From Eledone cirrhosa (lineage: Eukaryota), in assembly GCA_964016885.1 (NCBI GenBank), contig OZ024742.1, positions 240,188,001-240,252,000 of the forward strand: a DNA stretch of 64,000 nucleotides, in the 5' to 3' direction. Of this stretch, positions 12,441 through 24,316 are shown one piece after another; the stretch's first letter is position 1, and each line of letters begins with the position of its first letter. A program made the translations under genes and the position numbers. The notes beneath the pieces are model-generated. The model saw nothing but the letters and a program-made list of their open reading frames with translations. It did not search any database and was not told the origin of the DNA.

Positions 12441-13229
12441 ATCATCATAATGAACATTGTTACTCACTTACTTGCACACCCACAATCTCTGGTCACACTG
12501 TATCAGGCACATTGGTCTTCTATCACCTACACTCTATACAACAGTGACCACACCACTGAACAATCCACAACCATTCACCTTAGCATCTGACCAACTATAA
12601 TTGGTGACCCCAACGTGATATGTTCACCTTCATAGGAATGGTGCTGTAAAACCTAGCCTCCAGAGAATTTGTCTGTTGTCTTCTCTGCGAGGTCACAGGT
12701 CACTTCTTAGTGGTGATGTCCGTAAGAGAAACTGTGGCAAAACATTTCTTTGACTACACGTTAACCGCTAATAACACTAAATAAAAGTGGAATATAATTA
12801 AAGTTTTCTGACTTCCAACATGTTTGCAATCAACTTTTTTCTCCGAAAACTGAATGGTAGGATGGACTCTCGGATTTTTCCAGCCTCAGAAATTTCTTCA
12901 GTAGGAATGTTTTCTTTCCCAGGTTTTTTCGTTTGTTTTTTACCGATCTGACACCTGAGTCACTCGCCAACGACTTCTTTTTCGGAAAACGGAGGCGAGG
13001 AAGGGTGGGGACACTCGGAGTTACAGATAAGCACCTCTCAGCCTTTTAAATTTATAGAAAAGCACAGGCTGGGGATCACGAAGAATTTGTTTTTTTTATC
13101 CTAGGTTTTTTCAGGTGTTTTCAACTAATCTGACTTTTGACATGCTTTATCCCCCCCCCCCCCCCCCGAAAACGAAATGAGGGCGGGCGAAGCGGGAAAC
13201 TATAAAGTATGTGTGCAAATACATCAACA

Positions 13230-15622
13230 TGAGTTCCGATGCTACTATGTTTACGCTATAATAACGAAATATATTTGACGAGGTGCCCAACTTCCAACAT
13301 GGCCGATATATCAACAGTAACGAAGCATTCTGGATTCCCAATTAAGGCCCATTACCCACTGGTGAAAAACTCGATGTCCGTTTGAAAAATGGACGAGTGT
13401 ATTTTACAGTCCAAAATGCAGTTCAACAAGCCATAGCACCAAAGACAACTTTGCTAGCATTTTTTAAACTTTGTTGAACTGACAGCTTTGCACGAATACC
13501 ATCCTGTTATACCTTTGATAAACAGAGAAAGAAATGGAACCGGCAAAAACAAGGAAGACCAGTAGAAAACCATTATGAAATTTGTAAAGTAGCAACACAA
13601 GGTAGGATTTACACAATTCATCCAGTACGGCGCGAATGTTTCCACTTGAGGATGCCGCTTAATGAAGTCAGAAGCCCGCAAAGATTTGATAAACTTCTTA
13701 AAGTGAATGACGCTGTTTGTAACACCTATCCTGCATGCAGAGACGTCTATTGTAGGACGACAATCAATGGGAAGCAACACTTATACAGGCATCTCTATCT
13801 CAGACCGCCAAAAGTATTCGAAATTTGTTCAACACAATAAAGACAGTGTGAAACATTAAAAGATTGTGACGTGATCAATCCATCGGCGCTTTGGCTGAAG
13901 TATAGGAACGACGTGTTCGAGGATATCAAACACGAATCACAAATGAGAAACCCTGATATAGAAGTAACTTTGTCAGACGAACATTATAACACAGCTTTGA
14001 TCGAGATTGAAGACAAACTGGCGGAGATAGATGGACCTACTCGCATTTATTAGGCCGTCATACACCAATAGAACTAATTTTTATGATCTAAGGAGGGAAA
14101 TTGTATGAGAAACTTTATACAACGTCTCATATATTAACGAAAACGAGCCAAAACAACTAAATGATAAAAAAAAAAAGAGTATACAATATTATACTTGAAT
14201 CAATTATGCAACAGAATGGTGGCCTATTTTTTATCGATGCTCTGGGTGAAACTAAATTGTATCTTTAGCGGTTGCTTCATCTGGAATTGCCGCTACACTT
14301 TTATCTGGAGTTTGGACAGCTCATTCTGCTTTCAAATTGAATTTGTGCCTCAGTTTGAATGAAATGTCCGTGTGTCATATAAAGAATGACTCAGGAACTC
14401 CTCGAGTATTGTAAAGACGTGTGACAATTTGGATGGGGTGATGAATGCACAACGGCGCACAGACACGCATTGGAGGCCTTGGACAAAACACTGAAAGATA
14501 TCTGGAACAGTACAACAATCATGGGAGGAATCTCTATCGTTTTATCAGGGGACTTCCGACAAACTTTACCCATGATATCAAAGGGCAATCACGTCGATCA
14601 AGTTCGATCTTTCCTAGAATCGTCAACTTTATTGCCACGTATCACCAAACATGGGGGCACAACTTCACGGTGACAACATTTTTGCAGAGATTGCTCGAAA
14701 GTCGAAAGCTTCTGAAACTTGGTGAAGGCGAAATATCCCTTGATACTGAAAAATGTTTTGATCTTTCATGTTATACTGTTGTAAAAAGCGGTGATAGCTT
14801 AATTAATCGAGTGTTTCCCAATTTCGAAATCCACCATTCGAATGAAATGTGGTTGTGTGAAAGAGCAATCCTTGCACTCCAAAACATCTCAGTGAATGCC
14901 ATCTCTCACAAATGATCTCTGAAAGAAAGCCAGACCCATAAATCTATCGACAAAGTTGCCGACGAAGACGAAGCTGTTCATTATCCCGTTGAATTTCTCA
15001 ACAGTCTCGAATTTGTGGTATGCTGTCACACAACCTTGAATTGAAGAGGGACAGTCATCATGCTTCTCAGAGACCTGGATCACCCAAGATTGTGCAATGG
15101 GAAGCGTATGGTTGTGACAGAACTATAGCCACACATTATCGAAGCCCAAATCCTCACTAGATGTTGTAGTTATACTTAAAATACCGCTAATACCAACAGA
15201 TGTCCCCTTTCATTTCAAACTATTGTAATTCCCAGTGAGAATCAGTTATGCAATGACTATCAAGTCCCAAGGTCAAACACTGTAGGGCTGTTTCTCTCAT
15301 GGTCAATTGTATATAGATTATTCCAGTGTAGGAAGCCCCCACAAACTTTTCATATATGCAAAAAAAAAAAAAAAAAAAAAAAAAAGTTAAAAACATTGTA
15401 TATACTGAAGTTCCATAAATATTTTATAATTTTCGCAGAATACATTTTTCTATTATCTTTGTTACTTTCTGCAGGTAGATATTCTAAATTAATTTTAAAA
15501 ATTGTTATGCAATATCGAAATACCATTTTAAGGAAAATGGGCATTACGATAAATTCTAATAGGTGACTTATGAATAGATTTGAACATAGTAATGACCGGT
15601 GCGAAGGCAGGCTGACCGCTAG
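13230..15622 (+). mobile_element. Decayed Helitron: Pif1-helicase remnant and 3' terminus
   Basis: Fragments GRYINSNEAFW, GRIYTIHP, LAVASSGIAATLL, TAHSAFKL, LSGDFRQTLP, WLCERAILA, YPVEFLNSL, YAMTIKSQGQT and FSHGQLY across many stops. GC-rich hairpin-like segment then CTAG|T at 15619-15623. Confidence 0.88.
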
Positions 15623-16494
15623 TATTTATACAAATACCCCGCTTAATGTATGTGTAATGATTTCAAAATGAGCACATGTTACTTAATTTAATTAACCAAG
15701 AATATTGAGTCGATTAAATCGACCCCACTACTTGATTGGTACTTTATTTTATCAACCCAGGAAGGATGAACAACAAAGTTGACGTAGATGAGATTTGAGT
15801 ACAGAACGGAAAGAGCCGTAACTAAATACAGCAAAGCATTATGTCCGATGCTCAAATGATTCTATCTATCCATTCAAGACTGATAAAAACAAAACAAAAT
15901 TAGAGCTGTTTCTTTTACAATCGCATATAGTTAAACAGTAAGAGTTATTTCCCTTGTGAAGCTATTTTTTTTTTGTCTCTCGCTCACAGTTGTTAGAACG
16001 TCGGATAGAATGCTTTGTGGTATTTGTTCCGGCTCTCTGCTCTCTGAGTTCAAATCCCGCCGAGGTCAACTTTGCCTTTCATCCTTTCTAGGTCGATAAA
16101 AAAAAGTACAGGGGTCGATTCTTCCTCTATATCTCTTTCTCTGGAAGAAATCTGCTGTACCCAGGCCTGGAGAGGGATTGGCTACGCTAGGCTTAAAATA
16201 CCCAAGAATCGTCGTATGCCAGTACGGCACCCCTACAACTCCTCTAGGAGTTACAGGACCATACATACATAATTAGTTCTCTCTGTTGAAGAAGCTATTC
16301 AGAATTTGTTTGCATTGCGCGGTGCAGCCAATGTGAACGGCAAATTGAAAATTGCACTTGTTGAATCAGTCTGCACTCTCAGAAACCGAGTATATAGTGA
16401 ATATATTTTCTTATAACCTCGTTAGTATGGACAATTATATAATTTGACAGCATATACAACTTCCCAAACGTTGTACGAAGTGTTAGGTGGGGCC

Positions 16495-17610
16495 CTGACA
16501 AGGTGAAGGACAAACGGAGTCAGAGAGCTTGGGGCAGCATACATTCGATGGCCACCTTTGACTCTCTCTTCGACCAGTCAGATCAGTTCTCTTAGTGTTG
16601 CTTACTGTCTGCTAGCGTCAAATATTTAGGTGACTGGGTAGATGCCCTACCTGTGGCCTACTCAGCTTTGTGTTCATTGCCCTCAGAGTGGGAGTGTACG
16701 TCTGTATGGGTTTGAAATGCCGGTGTGGTAGGCTCCTCGATTCCACAGGCCACCACAGTCTATCTTGCCGCCTGAATGCCAGTTGCTTCATGCGTCACAC
16801 TGAGCTAAACCTCATCATCAAGAGAACTCTGGCCTCAATTTGGGGAAAACATCCCCTCGATTTTGGAACCAGATTTTGATTAGCCAGAATTGATGGGAAG
16901 AGGCTTGACGGTCTTACTCTGCGCCCTTGGTTAAGAGACAAGTGTCTATAGTGAGAGTACTGGGTTGTATGAATGTAACAAGGAATACATTGTTTGTGTG
17001 TATAATATTTAATTAACAATGGTAGATAGTATAGTTGACATGTCAAAGAAATAGATGATAGAATGAAACAAAGTTAGTCGTTACCGTTTTGATTGCCAGG
17101 CAAACGCGGCTGGCAGAGGACGCCTGGCTAAGGCCAGCCAGGCGCCGGAAGGCCAAGTGAGAGGCAGAGCCAAATGAGAGAGTGAGAACTTAAAGTTGTT
17201 AGTTTTATAGGGTTCTGACCGGAAGTTACAGAAAGGGTTCTACTTCCCGTCTAGATGTTAATCCAAACAAGGGAGACAACCGCTACATGTCTTACCTGGA
17301 ACGTCACAGTTAGTGACTCTTTTGCTTCTTCCCACATCCTGCAGATGCTGCAGTTAGAGAGAGAGCTACAGCTTCCATAGCCAAACGGAATGAAATTCTG
17401 AAATACTGTGATCTGTCAGCCAACTACATTTTCCAGTCTGTGGCGTTCTAGATGTTTGGGGGAGTTGAACTACTAACTGCGAGGTTCTTGTCTTCACTGG
17501 TGGCTCGCCTAACAGAGGTAACTGGTGATGCTCGTGAAGGCACTTGGCTGTTTCAGCACATCAGCCTCGCCATCACCCGAAGTAACACTGCGAGCGTGCA
17601 GGCTTGCCTC
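16495..17610 (+). pseudogene. CRE-like (RLE-type) non-LTR retrotransposon C-terminal remnant
   Basis: WVDALP, CRCG..LDSTGHHSLSC, MRHTELN, RIDGKRLDG, LTWNVTVSD and WLFQHISLAITRSN form a zinc knuckle plus restriction-like endonuclease. Confidence 0.75.
16947..17287 (-). mobile_element. Solo LTR (341 bp) with 4-bp TSD TGTC
   Basis: TSD at 16943-16946 and 17288-17291. Ends TATAGTG...CGCTACA are a decayed TG..CA inverted terminus. Minus-strand TATAAAA at 17203-17209. Removing the insert restores the host frame RDKCLTWNVTV. Confidence 0.75.
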
Positions 17611-17869
17611 AAAGATTATTAGAGAGGTTTTCCAGTGCTCCTCATGATATCTGGCAGTTTGTTTGTCCACCCCTTTCACCTGCCTTTTGTAGTGTTATCC
17701 TAGATCTGTGTATTACCTGCTTGTGTGTTTTTTCTTTTTTCCTTTCCCTTTTTTTTTCTCTTTTTATTTGTCATATTATGATGGTGGTTATATTAAAAAA
17801 TAAAATTTCCTTATTGTTGAAGAGTTGAACTGCTTATTCTCTAAAGTGTTTATTGTAATGCCTAGACAG

Positions 17870-18310
17870 GCAACATTACCTTACGGTTCATCACTGGATG
17901 TCTCCATCCTACACCAACTTAATATCCACCTGTGCTCTCAGGTATTGCTCCTGCACTCTTTTGTAGAGAGTTTCACACACGGGTTGATAACCAAGTCTTC
18001 CACTCCATAACATGGCTGAAGATTCTCAGCTGCTAGACCAACAGCGCGTGATTTCATGCTGCCCTTTCTCTCGTCATGCAGCAAAGCTGCGAAACTGAAA
18101 TTTCAACATGCAGAGGACTATGTCCATCAGCAGCTTGCCATTGTGGATCACTAGAGCACACTGCTGAACATATACTGAATGCCCAGATCTCTTCCCACCT
18201 GAGAGTATGGATTTCTCACACCCTAATTCCACTACCATGAGTTGGTTGCAGTGCCTGGGAGATGTTATGTGATTGTTGTCTCATAAGCAAGAGGAAGAAG
18301 GAGGAAACGG
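17870..18310 (+). mobile_element. Degenerate LINE 3' end with a C-terminal CCHC motif
   Basis: GLCPSAACHCGSLEHTAEHI followed by a GAA/GGA-rich tail. Confidence 0.45.
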
Positions 18311-18544
18311 AGGAGAAGACGATGACCTGGAACAAAGGAGGTTCCACTGTCAAAGGTTGTTTGCAGTCAGCTCATAGATTGTTATAATCATGGATCTGAC
18401 TTCTAGGATCTTTCTCAATCCATAGATATTAATTTGAAGATTGCTAACAGAAAAAGCAACTCTTCTTTCTCACATCCTGGATACTACTGCGCAAAGATGA
18501 GGGCAACTGCATCCATAGCCGATCAAAATAAATTTCTAAAATAT

Positions 18545-19240
18545 CAGGAATTGTGAAAACTGCTACAGTGGAACTCCACTCAGATGCAGAGTGCACTGCA
18601 CAGGTTTTCTTAAGAGAATCAGTGTCTTAGTCTTCACAGTACTGATTTTCATTCTTGCCATGCACCACTCAACAGCAAACTTATCTAGTGCATGCCAGAG
18701 ATCACCTTCCAACAAGTTAAGTAATACCATGTCATCTGCAAATTCCGTCTGACTGATCCTACACCTGCCAGTCTTCATACCACTTCCAAACCTGCTGTGC
18801 ACGTCAATTTTATCCAGGAGAGGTGACAACATGCACCCTTGGCAAAGTCCAACACCCACATTGAATGGTTTCACATAGCATCATTTATCCAAACACAAAT
18901 ACTAAAACTTTTGTATAGGTATTTGAAGGTAACAAGAAGCTGTCCATCTTTCCCATACTTCTGCCGAACATTCCACAAGTCCTGTAGAACCTGGTTATAT
19001 GCCTTTTCAAGGTCCACGAAACAGACATACCCCTCTTGGCAATAATACTCCCACAATTCCTCAAAGACCAGCTGCAGTGTAAATGTTTGGTTGGCTGGGC
19101 TACGTTCAAGGTGAAACCCATACTGTTTGTCAACTAGCTTGGTCACTACAATATCCCTACATCTCTTTGCCAGACACTTAGCATAGTCTTTACTGGAGAG
19201 ACTTAACAAGGAGATTCCTCTATACTTAGGGCAATCTCTC
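18545..19240 (-). pseudogene. Rex3/Expander-like RTE reverse transcriptase fragment; related 3' pieces at 25080-25625(-) and 26745-26990(+)
   Basis: YRGISLLSL, VCFVDLEKAYN, VGLCQGCMLSPLL, FADDMVL, MKISTVKTKTLIL, with a frameshift between ORFs 18871-19209 and 18563-18874. Confidence 0.8.
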
Positions 19241-19255
19241 TTATTTTATATATAA

Positions 19256-19920
19256 CTAGCAGAATGGCTCGACGTTGCTTGGGATTTGCTCTAGGGTTCT
19301 TATATATTTGATATATATTTATCCTTATCGAGCCTCATGAAATAAATACATTTGTTTATATTTTGTTATTGTGTATGCAAAAATATCTGTACACGAAAAT
19401 ATAATTATATATATATATAAAAATAACAGATTAAAGTTTAAGCAAAGAATCGCTGCTTTCACCCTTAACAGGATCTTCTGAAATAAAAAAAAATCAATCT
19501 TTGAACGCAGGAGTAAAATATTTCGAAAAACGTTACACACTATATATATATCGAGCCCTCTTTGGATTTTAGTCTTCAATTTTATTATTATTACACACTA
19601 TATATATATATATATATACACACACACGATATATACATATAGCGACGTCATAATGCAGACAGCCAGGCATACAGACAGATATTATAAGAGCGCAACGTTA
19701 TATCTATGTATCTATCTAAAAGGAAAGACTAAGAATTATATAGAGAGATCGCTAAATCGCCTAATGCGGTCCCTAGGGCATTGAAAATTTGAAATGTTTT
19801 TTGCTCAAAACACTCACACGACCATAAGTATTATATGTGTAAATTTTGAAAACAATCGGTTGAGTGGTTCTCGAGTTTTAGGGAGTCAGACAGACACATT
19901 CTCTGTTTTAGATATATAGA
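19256..19920 (-). mobile_element. Non-autonomous Helitron
   Basis: 5' TCTATATATCTAAAAC and 3' subterminal hairpin + CTAG|T. Inverted copy of 9172-10055. Confidence 0.8.
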
Positions 19921-19935
19921 AGACGAACACCCAGA

Positions 19936-20753
19936 CTAGTACCCAGCGTTGCCTGGATAGGTAAAATAATTGTTTCTACTTATGGCACAAGGCCAGCAAT
20001 TACCCAGTGCATTACTGGTACTTTATTTTATCGACCCCATAAGGATGAAAGGCAAAGTTAACCTCGGCGGGATTTGAACTCAGTCCGTAAAGGGACGTAA
20101 CTGTGCTGCAAAGCATGGCGTCTGACTCTTTACCAATACTGCCAATTCACCACCTTAGTAGGTAAAATAATATCTGCTTTGATGAAAAGGTGTTGATCTT
20201 AGCGACTGCTTCTCGATGACTCATCTATGGCCACACACAGGCCATGTGGGGGAGGATGGTGATGACCTCTATCACTGAGAGACGCGGGTGACTGACGAAG
20301 GAGCATGCTGGGGGAGGGAGTTTCAAATTTGAACGAAATCGGTTGAAAAATGTGGGAGCTAGAGCCGAAAAAGTGGAAATTTGAGTCTAAAAGTGGTATT
20401 TTTGAATATTTAAGCGGCTGCTATGCCGTCCCTGAACAACAAATGCAAAATATGAAAGCCATTACAGGATGTGCAATGATAAATTCTATTTTGCTTTAAA
20501 ACTTGAACGAAATCAGTGGCAAAATGTGGAAGCTAGAGCCAAAAATCTTATTTTTCGATACCTAAAAAAAGGTGATCCCCCTATCGATTTTTATCTACAG
20601 AATGACGCCAGAATAAAAAAAACGTTACACTGATATATAGAAAACACTCCCTGATGACTAATCTCTGAGCCTGTAAAGTTTTATGAAAATCGGTCGTAAG
20701 ATGTAGGCCCCTATAGGTAATACACAGACATTCTTAATTTTATATATATACAG
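19936..20753 (-). mobile_element. Second non-autonomous Helitron family, with a nested SINE
   Basis: 5' TCTGTATATATATAAAA and 3' CCAGGCAACGCTGGG hairpin + CTAG|T. The SINE at 19971-20158 has a 13-bp TSD TAGGTAAAATAAT (19958-19970, 20159-20171). Confidence 0.7.
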
Positions 20754-23456
20754 ATTACATATATTTTGTTTCTTCCAGAGCTGAGTTCAATTTTATTTTA
20801 TTGAACATGAAATTATAAACTTCATAAAAATAGGAAAATGAGAAACATTGCCCAAAGGCATGTTAGATGGAAATACTGTGTACATTTGTACATATATGTA
20901 AATTCTGATATAGCTCCTTTCTGTATTGTAAAGCCACATGTGTACAATTTCTAGGGTGTTGTTCATGTAGATACAGGTGGATGTACAGAAATACTCTACC
21001 GATACTGACTGCCTTATGGATTTAAATAATGATTAGTAAATTAATAGAACTAATAACAGTTTATATATGTTGAAGGTCATATATTTATAGGCATGGGGAA
21101 TTAGATAACATGACCTTTTTGCAGATGTTATTATAAATAAATACCATATATACTTTGTGCAAAAAATGACCTCCTATTTTCTGCCCCCAAATTAGGATTT
21201 TTCCATATATCTCATGTAAAAGTGTATATGGTATGGTATGATATGGTCCTGTAAATCCTGATGGAGTCATTGGGGCGGTGTATAGGCATACAGCATTTCT
21301 TGGGCATTTTAAGCCTGGCAGAGCCCATCCCTCTCTAGGTCTGAACACAACAGATTTCTTCCATACAAGGATAGAAAGTGAGAAAGAGATATAGAGGAAG
21401 AACTGACTCCAGTACTAAATTGTTTTTTTTTTATCGACCTCATAAAGATAAAAGGCAAAGTTGACTTCGGCGGGATTTGAACCCAGAGAGCTGGAACACA
21501 TACCACAAAGCATTCTAACCAACGTTCTAACAACTCTGCCAATTCACTGCCTTATGGTAAATAAATATAAACCAATCCTCTAATTACTCAATGTTAACTT
21601 TAATTTTGCAAGAGTCCTTTAGATGATTGTTGTTTTAAAAGATTAATTTTTTTATTCTGAAATATATTCAACATTCCCATCATCCCTATATTTTTGTTTA
21701 ACTGTGACATGATCACAGTAAGACTTATGTATGCTTATTATACTTGAAGATATTGTATATGCTTTCAATTAGGCCTTTATTCTGAATCATACTGTTACAG
21801 CAAATAAACACACTGTTGGTGTTGTTACAGCTCACATCTATGTATGTTTAACTGGCTTTCTATGAAAATTGCATCTCATATGAAGTTTCTCAGGTGTTTT
21901 AACACTAGGGCCCCAATTCTATCATAAAAGGTCCCCTCCCTTGGACTGAAAACCAGTTTGTTTACCATAAGGGTTAAATCCCAGCTAGAAACTAATTTTA
22001 TTTTAGCTGAATGGAGTAGAACAGCATGAAATGAAATATCTTACTCAAGGGCCCAACATCTGCCTGGTCTAGGAATCGAGCTCACAACCTTATGATCATG
22101 AATCCAATACCCTAGCCACAAGGTCACCATGATACGGTAGAAATACAAATAATTATTTCTACATTTGGCACAAGCTAGCAATTTGAAGGGAAGGGCATTA
22201 CTGGTACTTTATTTCATCAACCCCATAAGGATGAAAGGAAAAGCTTACTTCAGCAGGATTTGAACAAAGAACATAAAGGGCTCTCACTGTATGCCAACAA
22301 AGCATGTTGTCTGATGCTCTATTGATACTACCAATCCACTGCCCTTGGTATGGTATGGGCCTGTAACTCCTGAGGGTGTCGTGGGGGGGCATATTGACGT
22401 ATGGTGTTTCTTAGAGCATCTTTAAACCTAGCAGAGTCAATCCTCAGGCCTGAGCATAGCAGATTTCTTCCAGAGAAGGAGAGAGAGTGAGAGAATGGAA
22501 GTGAGAAAGAGATATAGTTGAAGAATAAATTCCAGTACAAGACTGGTACTTTTTTATCGACCTTGAATGGATGAAAAGCAAAGTTGACCTTAGTGGGATC
22601 TGAATTGAGAGAGCGGAGAGCTGGAATGAATACTGCAAAGCACTCTATCCAATGTTCTAATGACTCTGCCAAATCACTGCCCTTAAGAAATGCAACTATA
22701 TGAGCTTTGTTTCTGCAGACATTTCAGAACCCTTTTGATACTAAACAACTCCAAAACTGCCCATGGTTCTCTGATACAAAACTGTTTGTTTGAAAATGTT
22801 TATATTTAACTAAAAATATTCCATAATAATTTTATGTAAGAACATTTGTAAAGTCATATTACAAAAGATCAACTTAATAATGAGAAAATTAGTTATAGTA
22901 CTAAATCCCTTGTAATTCTTGATTATTTTCAAAATTATTTGAAAATCATAGGCAGCATTTCTCATTAGAAATATAGTAATGAAAGGATTAAATTAAGTAG
23001 AACAAATTTTCATATTTTCAGCTTTTTTTTATTTATACAAAACATTCAGTAATTCTTAATATCCTGTAATGATTCAGCAGAAAATATCAAAAACAGGTTT
23101 ATTAATTCAAATGTTTATAGTATCTTTACAGATTCTTGTGAAAATTTGTCACATTAGATAAGAGTAAATATTTCAACTTTTTATGTGATGCAGTAATAGT
23201 GATGTTTTGTACTTTTCACAAAAGTCTTGCTAATGTGGTTTCATGCAGTACAGGATGTTAAGAGTTAGTTTCACTATGATATAGAGGAGAGGGAAAAAAT
23301 TTAAATAAAACAGTTCAAAATACCAGTTTGATAAATAGGCCATTACTGTTTTACTTATATTTGAGACGCTTCTTTCCTGTTTACAAGATCTTTAAACACA
23401 TGCACACACAATTTTACCCTTTTTCTTTTCATATTTCTGTTTGTTTTTATTCTATA

Positions 23457-23660
23457 ACTCTTAACATCCTGTAATGATTTAACAGAAAATATTTCGAAAC
23501 TGGTTTGTTTCTAAATATTTACAGTATCTTTACTATTGTTGTGAATATTTGCAATATTAGAGTTTAAAAACTTTAAACTTTAATGTGATGCAGTCATTGT
23601 GCTCTTTTAAACTTTCCAAGAATGTCTTGCTAATGTGGTTTCATGCAGGACGTTAAGAGT
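23457..23660. mobile_element. MITE with CTCTTAACATCCTG TIRs. Related copies: ~23053-23265, 27935-28860 (interrupted), 39905-40318, 4170-4508
   Basis: Terminal inverted repeat CTCTTAACATCCTG / CAGGAYGTTAAGAG with TTAA-like flanks and a shared internal sequence. Confidence 0.6.
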
Positions 23661-23672
23661 TAACATTTTTAT

Positions 23673-23889
23673 AGAAAATGTAGAATATTTCAAACTCAGA
23701 AAATAACTGGAACTACAATCAATTGCTATAAATAATAACTTAGAAAAATGGGTAAAATACCCCTATAGACAAAAAAATGATCACTTTTTTCCATCTATAG
23801 GGGTATTTGACCCGCTTTCCTAAACTATTATTTATAGCAATTGATTGTAGTTACAGTTATTTTCTGAGTTTGAGATTTTCTATATTTCT
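23673..23889. repeat. Imperfect palindrome / fold-back MITE (~105-bp arms)
   Basis: Centred on TGATCA at 23778-23783. AAACTCAGAAAATAACTG...CAGTTATTTTCTGAGTTT. Confidence 0.85.
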
Positions 23890-24064
23890 CAAGAATTTCA
23901 ACTCATTCAATGCTCCCATGGTTTGTTTACAGATATTGTTACATTTAAAGGTTTATATTTTATTTAAATTTTGATTTGCTTTTTTTTTAATCTTCATGTA
24001 CAGTCAAACAACAGTCATCCAGTCTCCAGGTGCTCCATATATATATATATATATATATAATGTA

Positions 24065-24316
24065 TCACAGTTGTTTTGTTGGTGTAGCCCTATCTGATTC
24101 TTCCTCATTGTTCAGGGAGCTGGTCGTATTCTGTTCTTCGAGAATGCGATGTTTAGTTGTTGAGCAGATCTCTAGCATTTCTCGTAAACCACGATTTTCA
24201 ATTTCCAGTTGTGTCAGTCTTTCCTGCACTTTAGACACAGCGGTGTCATCTACTGCAACAGCTTTTTGCATTACAGCTGCCATCTCACAGATTTTGTCAA
24301 TCATTTCAACATTATT
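24065..24316 (-). CDS. FGFR1OP2: FGFR1OP2/SIKE-family protein, last coding exon (83 codons + TGA)
   Basis: [24 protein letters not shown]...[18 protein letters not shown] matches the family C-terminus (recalled as ITEMAAVMRKAIEID...ERIFQLEQENKGLREIL). Acceptor is polyT-CTAG|AAT, in frame. Minus-strand AATAAA at 23959-23964. Confidence 0.92.
   Translation of the reverse strand, partial: NNVEMIDKICEMAAVMQKAVAVDDTAVSKVQERLTQLEIENRGLREMLEICSTTKHRILEEQNTTSSLNNEEESDRATPTKQL

Noticed and set aside
12720-13210. CpG-richer segment as a promoter or Helentron end
   Set aside because: No adjacent gene and no clear terminal structure. Probably TE-derived but unclassifiable by eye.
13230-15410. Host PIF1 helicase gene
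   Set aside because: No splice structure, many stops and frameshifts, and a Helitron-type 3' terminus.
20652-20700. CTGATGA...GAAA...GTC inside a Helitron
   Set aside because: No stem II or stem I pairing, so it is likely a chance match.
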